Below are positions 17,948 to 24,838 of a stretch of 40,635 nucleotides of DNA, one piece after another. The stretch is from positions 1-40,635 of IMG/VR virus record IMGVR_UViG_3300032330_000963. One strand, given 5' to 3'. The notes beneath the pieces are model-generated. The model made no database searches, was not told the origin of the DNA, and saw nothing but the letters and a program-made list of their open reading frames with translations. The first letter of the stretch is position 1, and each line of letters opens with the position of its first letter. This DNA comes from a virus (lineage: Duplodnaviria > Caudoviricetes). The position numbers and the translations under genes are program-made.

Positions 17948-18671
17948 TTGCTTTCTCCCACAACCAATCAATAAGGTCCTGTCCCTTCTCAAACCAAGGA
18001 ATGGTAGGTGCAGGCAGTTCGTCGAATTCACCGTCAGCAATCAACTCAGCAGCAATCCAGTTAGACTCATACAAGTGCATGCTGCCTGCTTGAAGAACCA
18101 GTGTGCCTAGTTCAGGCTTGTTCTTCAGAAGCGTGATGACAAACCTTGCCAGCATGCTGAAGTTGAATACGTCGTAAGGCCAACCTAACCACAAGTCACT
18201 GCTGCGCATGGTGTCAACCACATGCAGCCTGTTTCCTCTGATCAGGAACTGAATCGAGACCGTGCAAGGAATATCCTTACTAGGACGTGGATTCGGTCGC
18301 CAAATAGTCAGCACAGCTTGACGTGAATCAGGGTCACTGTTCAACGTGTCAGCAACAAAGTGAAGTTGGTCAATGATCTGAGGACCATAAGCCCCGTGAA
18401 AGAAGTAACCGTCATCGCTGAAGTTGGCAATGGCTGCACTGTATGGCTTGATCGTGTTGACACGATTGTCGCCACTGAGAATCCACGCTGCTTCAGCTGC
18501 CATGAACCGGTAACCAAGGTTGCGGTCCTTCACGGTGACAACAGGATCCTCCATGTTGATGGCAGTCTGGTAGCCAATGCGCTCCTTGATCTTCAAGCCA
18601 CGTGGTTGTGACGAGATCCCTTGAAGCACATCTGACATGGCCTTCTGCCACGCAAGGTTAGTGTATTGCAT
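17919..18671 (-). CDS. Thymidylate synthase-family enzyme, dCMP (hydroxy)methylase-type
   Basis: AAEAAWILSG, DPDSRQAV, DIPCT (catalytic Cys), MRSSDLWLGWPYD, GSMHLY. Asp replaces the TS specificity Asn. Confidence 0.85.
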   Translation of the reverse strand: MQYTNLAWQKAMSDVLQGISSQPRGLKIKERIGYQTAINMEDPVVTVKDRNLGYRFMAAEAAWILSGDNRVNTIKPYSAAIANFSDDGYFFHGAYGPQIIDQLHFVADTLNSDPDSRQAVLTIWRPNPRPSKDIPCTVSIQFLIRGNRLHVVDTMRSSDLWLGWPYDVFNFSMLARFVITLLKNKPELGTLVLQAGSMHLYESNWIAAELIADGEFDELPAPTIPWFEKGQDLIDWLWEKANGSGILETK

Positions 18672-19650
18672 GTCTTAATATCTCCCGCATAGTGTCAGTA
18701 CCGCCTTCAAACCGCTTCACGTAGGCTGGATGCTTGACTTGTTCAAAAATAGGCACGCCTGCCTCTCTTGCAGCGATGCTGCCAACAGCAATGACCTTGA
18801 TCTCTGGCTTCACGTCAACAACTTGCTTGATCAAACGGTTTGCTAGTCCGTCGTGATCACGCGCATTTGCCCACATGAATAGTTCTTCACGAGCAGGAAC
18901 TTGCTGCAAAGCCTCTGACAGGTAAAGACTTGAATGACCGTAGTCATACCAAGGCCAGTACAAGTTGTTGTACTTTGGATTGACCTGCTCACCGACAAAC
19001 AGGTACTGCGCTTCTTTCAAGTGTCCAAGCATGTTGGGGTTGTCCATTGAATTAGGCAACTGTGAAGCAACGCGTTCAGCTGACCGTGCTGCCACTAAGT
19101 CAGTGAAGTAGTCCATGATGTGGCCGTACTTCTCAATCGTGTAGTAGACGTGGTCCTCACGGTTTTTCACTCCACCAGTCCTGACAAGCAGGTCTGCGTA
19201 GTTCTCATTGGCTTCATGGCAAGCATCACCTGACCACAGCTTCAGATACCGCTTGGCAACTCCAAGAACAGAGTCATACATCTCTTCACGTTCGGTCTTC
19301 AGTTTGTCAAACCGCTTCTCGTACTCAACCAAGTCGTCAGGCAAGCAGTACACATAGATGGCTCCGTGCTTGCGAGCAACTCGATCCATCATGCGACCCA
19401 TCTGACTCCACTTGCTGCCGCCTCGAAACTCAGCAGCATACAAGGCTTCACTTGGCCACCACCTGTCGATGATGACTGGACGCTTGTGACTCTTGCGAAT
19501 CGCCCACCTGATGGCTGCCGTATGGTACTCGAACATGTGATCGGGCCAACGGTAGGTCAGGTGAATGTAGTCAGCACCAAGTCTCTTGGCCATGTACTGA
19601 CCAAGAGTTGTCTTGCCTACTCCATCAGGACCTTCGAGGATAATGATCAT
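18658..19650 (-). CDS. dNMP (thymidylate-like) kinase fused to a C-terminal UDG-like domain
   Basis: N-terminal LEGPDGVGKTT and IIDRWWPSE..Y. C-terminal YLFVGEQ, WANA, KVIAVG..A and KHPAYVKR match family 4/5 UDG fold motifs. Confidence 0.8.
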   Translation of the reverse strand: MIIILEGPDGVGKTTLGQYMAKRLGADYIHLTYRWPDHMFEYHTAAIRWAIRKSHKRPVIIDRWWPSEALYAAEFRGGSKWSQMGRMMDRVARKHGAIYVYCLPDDLVEYEKRFDKLKTEREEMYDSVLGVAKRYLKLWSGDACHEANENYADLLVRTGGVKNREDHVYYTIEKYGHIMDYFTDLVAARSAERVASQLPNSMDNPNMLGHLKEAQYLFVGEQVNPKYNNLYWPWYDYGHSSLYLSEALQQVPAREELFMWANARDHDGLANRLIKQVVDVKPEIKVIAVGSIAAREAGVPIFEQVKHPAYVKRFEGGTDTMREILRHAIH

Positions 19651-19651
19651 C

Positions 19652-20011
19652 TCACTCTCCTGCTAGGTCCGATAGATCTGGAGCGGTCCAGCCGTCGGGT
19701 TTGATGACGTCATAGCCCTCGCTGCGTTTAGACGGGCCACGTGTCTTTGCCATATTAGCGGCATGGACTCGGTTCCACGCCTCTTGGAAGTCAAATCCTT
19801 GTAGGTATGCAGTGCCCATGACCACGTAGCAGAGGTCCACCAAAGCGTCGAGTTCGTCAGCTTTCGTTTGCGCCACAATGAGTTCGTCGAGTTCCTCGAA
19901 GATGAATCCAATTCTGAAAGAGGCAAGTTCCTTAGGGAGCTCACGTGGTTCGCCTTCGTAAGTAAGTCCGAATTTTTCATGGAAGTCCTTGATGTCTTGC
20001 CACTGGCTCAT
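19652..20011 (-). CDS. MazG-like / all-alpha NTP pyrophosphohydrolase (dUTPase/dCTPase-like)
   Basis: FEELDEL...DELDALVDLCYV, VHAANMAK, IKPDGW. ATGA overlap with the upstream gene; RBS AAGGAG. Confidence 0.85.
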   Translation of the reverse strand: MSQWQDIKDFHEKFGLTYEGEPRELPKELASFRIGFIFEELDELIVAQTKADELDALVDLCYVVMGTAYLQGFDFQEAWNRVHAANMAKTRGPSKRSEGYDVIKPDGWTAPDLSDLAGE

Positions 20012-20844
20012 GCTAACTCCTTCCACTTCTCACTGCTGCCCCAACGACCTTCAACATCGCGCAAATCAGGGAACATGCGGGGACCACCTGGATTCCACTT
20101 CAGCTGCCACAAGCAATTGCGACTAAACTGAGGATACAGTGGTGCAAAGATCGTGGCCAAGTAATTAGAGTCGTAGTATTCGCGCATCTTGTCGAAGACC
20201 TTCTTCTCCTCTGGCTGCAACTCGTCTTTGTAATCGCGCATCGAGGCGAACGTGCCCCAATGACCTTCGACACGCCAGCCGATGTCTTCAAGCAAAGCAC
20301 CAAAGGCAAGGTAAGTCATCTCATTGACGTGGTTGGCGGCGGCCCCTACATCAGGATCCCAGCATGGTGTTGACAAGAAGCAAGTACCTTCTGGTTCGAG
20401 CAACTTACCAAAGTTGGCCAGCAAACGACGGCAGTGCTCTGGCTCAATGTGTTCGGCTACCTCAAAGCAGACGATCGTATTGGGAACCTCTTGCAACTGG
20501 TCCTGAGTAAGGACAGCAGCATCGCACTCGCTGAGCAACTGAGCAGGCTTCCAAGTAGACTTGGCGAACTGATCAGGCATAGACAACTTGGCTACGTCAG
20601 CAGCCGCATAGAACTGTGGACCCAGGCGTGACGAGTGCATGAGTTTGGCCAACGGCATTTCCTTGCCGCAACCCACATCAAGAATCCTGGCCGTCTTGTA
20701 GCGACCTGCCTGATGCAGCCACTTGACGACGTGCGTCCAGCGAAGGCAATGGGCAATGTAATCGCGGTGCAAGAAACCGCGTTCTTCAGCGTTATCGATC
20801 GACAGGAATGTCTTATCGATGGTCTTTCCTCTTTCGTTAGCCAT
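20008..20844 (-). CDS. Class I SAM-dependent methyltransferase (small-molecule type)
   Basis: ILDVGCG motif I, CFEVAEHI, LLEPEGTCFLSTP. No DPPY/NPPY or PC/ENV DNA-MTase motifs. Confidence 0.85.
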   Translation of the reverse strand: MANERGKTIDKTFLSIDNAEERGFLHRDYIAHCLRWTHVVKWLHQAGRYKTARILDVGCGKEMPLAKLMHSSRLGPQFYAAADVAKLSMPDQFAKSTWKPAQLLSECDAAVLTQDQLQEVPNTIVCFEVAEHIEPEHCRRLLANFGKLLEPEGTCFLSTPCWDPDVGAAANHVNEMTYLAFGALLEDIGWRVEGHWGTFASMRDYKDELQPEEKKVFDKMREYYDSNYLATIFAPLYPQFSRNCLWQLKWNPGGPRMFPDLRDVEGRWGSSEKWKELA

Positions 20845-20870
20845 GGCTATTTTCCTTTCTAAGGGTTGGT

Positions 20871-20893
20871 CGGGGCTTTTTAAGTCGGCCCCG
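20871..20893. terminator. Intergenic hairpin upstream of the modification operon
   Basis: CGGGGC...GCCCCG stem; no clear U tract. Confidence 0.3.
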
Positions 20894-20906
20894 GAACGAC
20901 TGTGGG

Positions 20907-21134
20907 TTATCGTAATACTGATCTGATGGCTTCAATGCTGCCTGTTTTAATAAGGCTGCCCTGATAATAGCTGATCAGACGTTGAGCTTTCTGACGACTC
21001 TTGAGGCGTTGGCCGACAAGCGTCAAGAGCTCTGTCTTGCTGATTTCGCCGGCTTCCTCAATGATCGCCAGAATGGCCTTTGCCTGTTTAGCCAGTGCCT
21101 TGTCAGGTATCTGGACAAATCGGTAAGTGACCAT
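20907..21134 (-). CDS. Small basic protein, putative winged-helix DNA-binding
   Basis: LAKQAKAILAIIEEAGEISKTELL...RLISYY; RBS AAGGAG. Confidence 0.6.
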   Translation of the reverse strand: MVTYRFVQIPDKALAKQAKAILAIIEEAGEISKTELLTLVGQRLKSRQKAQRLISYYQGSLIKTGSIEAIRSVLR

Positions 21135-21148
21135 CTGGTTCTCCTTGT

Positions 21149-22126
21149 TTAGGCAGCCTGCGCGAACTCGACTGCCAAGTTTAAGGCCTTCCGCTTAAGT
21201 GCGGCACGCGGGCCAAACCACGCAGACTGCAAGGAAGCATCGCGGTCACGACCTGCCTTGTGGTCAACGTAATAGGTCACAGCATTGAGAGCAGACCACC
21301 ATGAACCTTCGGACATGGCGGCTCCTGGCTGCGTATGGATGCATTGGAACACGTCTTCAGCAGAACGGCTCCACAAGGACCGATCGATCTCGGACTCTTG
21401 CGCCAGTGCAGGACTGAACAGCGTGGCAATGAACTTGGAGACGGCAGCCTCGTCGTACTGGACCTTGGCCAAGAACTCGGACGTCTGTTTGAAGGCATCG
21501 AGCTGGTGGGTTGCCAAGCCAAGCGCATTCTCTGCCTTCGCAATGATGTCGTCGTCAAACTCATGGATGTGCGGCATGGTGAAGCGTTCACCAGTCTGAC
21601 CAAGTGCCTGAGTCAACGTGTTGTTGCAGACCACTCGGATCGGCGTGAACATGATGTTCAAAGACTTGCCCCAGACGTGCGGCTGACTGATCAAGAGATA
21701 ACCCTTGACTTCGTCATCACCAGGCAAAGCAAAGCCCTTATTCATTGCAGCAAGGCCCCAGACTTGGCGGCCTCCATCCAATGAACCTGCTGTTTCCATC
21801 TTCATAGCACCTGCCTTGACGAACTTATCGAAGAACGTGAAGACCTGCTTGTTTTGGATGGGCAGATAGTTCTTGCCACAAGGACCAAGAACCTTGTTGT
21901 CCGAATCACGGACCAACATGGCGTAGTCACTGACGCCAAGGGTTCCTTCGGTTGGGTTGACTTCACCAGCTGCTTGAGTGGTGAAGATAGGACGACGGCT
22001 GACGGTCCAATCAAGACCTGCAGCTGTGACCATCTCCTCTGGTGTAAGGCTATCGGCGACCTGTGTGCCGAGACCGTGCCAGGGGACTGCGTTGGCGTAA
22101 GCCATGGTTTCTACTAAGTGGGCCAT
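21149..22126 (-). CDS. DUF932 family phage/plasmid protein (TIGR03299-like)
   Basis: VPWHGLG, AAGLDWTV, METAGSLDGGRQVW, TPIRVVCNNTL, NAVTYYVDH. Confidence 0.88.
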   Translation of the reverse strand: MAHLVETMAYANAVPWHGLGTQVADSLTPEEMVTAAGLDWTVSRRPIFTTQAAGEVNPTEGTLGVSDYAMLVRDSDNKVLGPCGKNYLPIQNKQVFTFFDKFVKAGAMKMETAGSLDGGRQVWGLAAMNKGFALPGDDEVKGYLLISQPHVWGKSLNIMFTPIRVVCNNTLTQALGQTGERFTMPHIHEFDDDIIAKAENALGLATHQLDAFKQTSEFLAKVQYDEAAVSKFIATLFSPALAQESEIDRSLWSRSAEDVFQCIHTQPGAAMSEGSWWSALNAVTYYVDHKAGRDRDASLQSAWFGPRAALKRKALNLAVEFAQAA

Positions 22127-22162
22127 AAAATTCTCCTTTCTAGAGGTGTGTTGGTAAGGCCA

Positions 22163-22408
22163 TTATACACGGAAAATTGCGGATCTAAACAAAAAAATTG
22201 CCATCAAAATCAGGCAAACCGCGGCCGGAATTGCGAACACGGTTGCCAGGACTTCGAGGTTAGTCGGGTCTCTTGAACCTAGGATCTTGCGCCGAATACC
22301 CGGTGTTCTCTTCAAAACACTGATCATCCAGCGCGCAGCCAACCCAAAGGCCAACATACACAAAGGCAAGAACCAGACATACACCAACGAATGCTGCCGC
22401 ATACTCAA
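22163..22408 (-). CDS. Small two-TM membrane protein
   Basis: Two hydrophobic helices; start overlaps the upstream stop. Confidence 0.55.
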   Translation of the reverse strand: MSMRQHSLVYVWFLPLCMLAFGLAARWMISVLKRTPGIRRKILGSRDPTNLEVLATVFAIPAAVCLILMAIFLFRSAIFRV

Positions 22409-22896
22409 GCCACTTCTTCATGAGGATTCTCCAATTTCAAGATTTTGAGACCGATCATCTTCGGGCGATAATACTGGAAGATGCGCCAAGGATCTTGCTT
22501 CGTGTTGACCTTGACAGCAGCTTGCAGCTCAGACTCCGTGTAGACGTCTTGCTCGAGCTGGTCAATGATCTGACGAGCTTGAGGAGCCAGTTGACGACGG
22601 TACTTGTCATAAGTGTCGAAGTCGAAACGGTAGATCCTGTTTGCCAGTTGACCGGACGGACGACCACGAACCTTGATGATCTTCGACAGATCCTTAGGAG
22701 GATCCACGAAGGTCAATGCTGGCTTTTGTTCCGCACGTTTCTGCTCTAGCATCGGCAGGATTCTCTTGGCAGCAGCACCCTTGTCCGAGAACTTAGGTGC
22801 GTGCGTCTTGGTCATCTTGGAATACAGGCTGCAAAGATCTTGCATTGAATAAACCCGCAACTCTTCGACTGTCTTGCAATCTTCTATATTATTCAT
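22405..22896 (-). CDS. Early hypothetical protein with C-terminal wHTH-like domain
   Basis: RGRPS motif, then LAPQARQII...QDPWRIFQYYRPKMI. Confidence 0.65.
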   Translation of the reverse strand: MNNIEDCKTVEELRVYSMQDLCSLYSKMTKTHAPKFSDKGAAAKRILPMLEQKRAEQKPALTFVDPPKDLSKIIKVRGRPSGQLANRIYRFDFDTYDKYRRQLAPQARQIIDQLEQDVYTESELQAAVKVNTKQDPWRIFQYYRPKMIGLKILKLENPHEEVA

Positions 22897-23089
22897 CTAA
22901 CATTCTCCACAAATCAAGTTCAGTAGGCCTGGAACCGAAGTCCTCGAGCAAAAACACGGGCGATCCGCCTGAAGGGCAGACAACTCCTCGAATGTGCGAG
23001 ACAAACGGATGCGCAGGATCAATGGCTAACATCACCTCCTTGTTGGGAGGATAATCGGCTAGGATCTCTAGCAAGTCACTTACTTTCAT
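22889..23089 (-). CDS. Small early hypothetical protein
   Basis: MKVSDLLEILADYPPNKEV; strong RBS TAGAAAGGAGAA. Confidence 0.7.
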   Translation of the reverse strand: MKVSDLLEILADYPPNKEVMLAIDPAHPFVSHIRGVVCPSGGSPVFLLEDFGSRPTELDLWRMLDE

Positions 23090-23122
23090 CGAACGTTCTC
23101 CTTTCTAAGTGTTCGGAATTAC

Positions 23123-23151
23123 ATCGTACCATGGACCATGGACTGCGTAAA
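23123..23151 (-). promoter_or_regulatory. sigma70-like leftward promoter
   Basis: Minus strand TTTACG-17 nt-TACGAT with extended TG. The -35 sits inside the palindrome GGACTG-cgtaaa-CAGTCC (23140-23157). Confidence 0.5.
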
Positions 23152-23197
23152 CAGTCCGAGAAATATATTCCCGCAGCAAAGTCCAATAAATTTTATG

Positions 23198-23250
23198 CCC
23201 CTCTAGACTATGCAAAATCAATAAGTTATTGGTTTATTGTATTGATTGGC
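23198..23250 (-). repeat. Left copy of an approximately 50-bp inverted repeat
   Basis: Reverse complement of 23221-23250 matches 24416-24445 at 28/30 nt; weaker similarity extends to 23198/24467. Confidence 0.85.
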
Positions 23251-23278
23251 CAAAGGGACATAAATTGAGCTGCAATTT

Positions 23279-23647
23279 TTATTTTTTTCCTATACTAATA
23301 GAGCCAATTGGAAGCCCTGATCCCCACTTGCGTGCGCTTGATCCGACCTTGGCTTCCACCCAATCCACGTTCTCGTGACTGTGTCCACCAATATGCCACT
23401 CGTACTCACCAAGAGGAGTCTCCCCCATCTTGTAGTCGTAGATCGTCACGAACAGTCCGAAGTCTGCCATGATCTTCCACTCGCACGTGACTTTGTCGCC
23501 CTCGTAATCAAATGGCCCGTAAGTTGGCGGTCCGAAGGTTTCACACAAGGTCTTGAAGTCTGTCTTGATATATCCCTTCAGACTTCCGCCATTGAACTCC
23601 TGCAGATGATCCTGATCACCTGCCTTCACCACTTCGAAATCACTCAT
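23279..23647 (-). CDS. Early hypothetical protein
   Basis: SLKGYI...FGPPT...KVTCEW...TIYDYK...EWHIGG; GGGAGG RBS. Confidence 0.7.
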   Translation of the reverse strand: MSDFEVVKAGDQDHLQEFNGGSLKGYIKTDFKTLCETFGPPTYGPFDYEGDKVTCEWKIMADFGLFVTIYDYKMGETPLGEYEWHIGGHSHENVDWVEAKVGSSARKWGSGLPIGSISIGKK

Positions 23648-23843
23648 TGGAACCTCCCATTCTTTCTTTTAAGTAGCGATGCAGCAGACCGTTGATGAAG
23701 CCATCAATCAAGTCCATTCCATCGTCGTCGTTCAGAATCTCACTGACCTGCTGGTTCCATTCATAGAACTTCTCTATGCTGGAATCCAGTAGATCCTTGA
23801 GATCTTCATAAGCTGCATCCACATCTATCTTTGAAACATCCAT
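23640..23843 (-). CDS. Small acidic protein, first gene of the leftward arm
   Basis: 67 aa with 17 D/E versus 6 K/R; strong RBS TAGAAAGGAGAA. Confidence 0.7.
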   Translation of the reverse strand: MDVSKIDVDAAYEDLKDLLDSSIEKFYEWNQQVSEILNDDDGMDLIDGFINGLLHRYLKERMGGSNE

Positions 23844-23887
23844 CTCGATTCTCCTTTCTAATCCGGACCAATTATGTCCGTAGTCCT

Positions 23888-23915
23888 ATTATATGGACAT
23901 TATCCGAAAAGTACA
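23888..23915 (-). promoter_or_regulatory. sigma70-like leftward (early) promoter
   Basis: Minus strand TGTACT-16 nt-TATAAT, flanked by GGAC/GTCC palindromes. Confidence 0.5.
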
Positions 23916-24415
23916 TACTTTCTTCAATTTATTTTTTGTATTGGACTCTCACTCTCAATCAATAAAACTTATCACCCTTTCGAACTCCTGCTCGATTAGT
24001 CCCAGTTGCTCCTGTTCGTCCTGTTCCGACCTGAACTTGTCCAGACTCTTTCCACCATTTCTCCCACTGATTAAATATCAGGCTTTTTCACCCTCATCCC
24101 TGCCATTTCCATCCATCGACCCTCGCACTTTTGCCGCGATTCGCTGCAATTGCTGCATCGACCTTGGTCCGAGGTTCTTTAAGTTGGTACGAAAGTGCTT
24201 GTTCTATATAGTAATGGACGTCAGAACATGTTTTTTGCCGGCTGCGACCGGGTTCGCGGTCCGGGGGCCCGGGGCGGCAGCGAGCGGCCGCGCCCCTAAA
24301 AGCGCCAGGTCAGTGGTTCTGCGGGGGCGTCGGAAGGTAAATCGGCAAAAATCCGTGCATATTGGGCATAGTATAGGAGAAAAATCAGAATCATCGTGTG
24401 AAAAAGTAAAAAGAT

Positions 24416-24467
24416 GCCAATCAATACAATAAGCCAATAACCTATGATCCTTTGCAAAGTTCAGGGG
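24416..24467 (+). repeat. Right copy of the approximately 50-bp inverted repeat
   Basis: gccaatcaatacaataagccaataacctatgatcctttgcaaagttcagggg. Confidence 0.85.
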
Positions 24468-24472
24468 ATCTA

Positions 24473-24501
24473 TGTACAATCTAGCTAAGTTCATATATTA
24501 T
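24473..24501 (+). promoter_or_regulatory. sigma70-like rightward promoter for the packaging/structural arm
   Basis: TGTACA-17 nt-TATTAT, followed by AGGAGG RBS and terS. Confidence 0.5.
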
Positions 24502-24523
24502 CTGAGGTTAGGAGGCCCTTCTT

Positions 24524-24838
24524 ATGGCACAAATAGGCGGTAAGCGCGAAGGCGCAGGTCGACCTGCCGGTTCTAAGAACAAGAGGACCGAGGAGATCGA
24601 AGAAAAATTGGCGGCACTGAATTGCGATCCCATTGAAGGGATGGCAATGATTGCTGCTGACCCAACAGCAAGTCAGGAATTGAAGTTCCAGGCCTTTAAG
24701 GAACTGGCCCAGTATGTCGCTCCAAAGCGCAAGGCTGTCGAGATGGAGATCGAGGGCAGCGGTTCATTCAACATTAACGTCGTACGGTTTAGCGACGTAG
24801 TAAAGGCTGACGATGGCGGAGATAACGGTACCACTTGA
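24524..24838 (+). CDS. terS: Terminase small subunit (putative)
   Basis: GGKREGAGRPAGSKNK N-terminus, ELAQYVAPK, directly upstream of TerL. Confidence 0.7.
   Translation: MAQIGGKREGAGRPAGSKNKRTEEIEEKLAALNCDPIEGMAMIAADPTASQELKFQAFKELAQYVAPKRKAVEMEIEGSGSFNINVVRFSDVVKADDGGDNGTT

Noticed and set aside
17521-18040. ORF-track starts for polA (17577) and the deaminase (18040)
   Set aside because: Internal ATGs at 17520 and 17947 have good RBSs and match the domain starts.
20008-20844. Orphan DNA (m6A/m5C/m4C) methyltransferase or R-M system
   Set aside because: No DPPY/NPPY/SPPY or PC-ENV motifs and no cognate endonuclease; the PD-(D/E)xK gene at 14896 fits a resolvase.
23893-24494. ORFs 23893..24432 (+) and 24204..24494 (-), plus short minus-strand frames at about 23950-24200
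   Set aside because: Low-complexity or implausible composition, no convincing RBS/start, and they overlap promoters and repeats. Treated as non-coding, though a tiny gene or remnant cannot be excluded.
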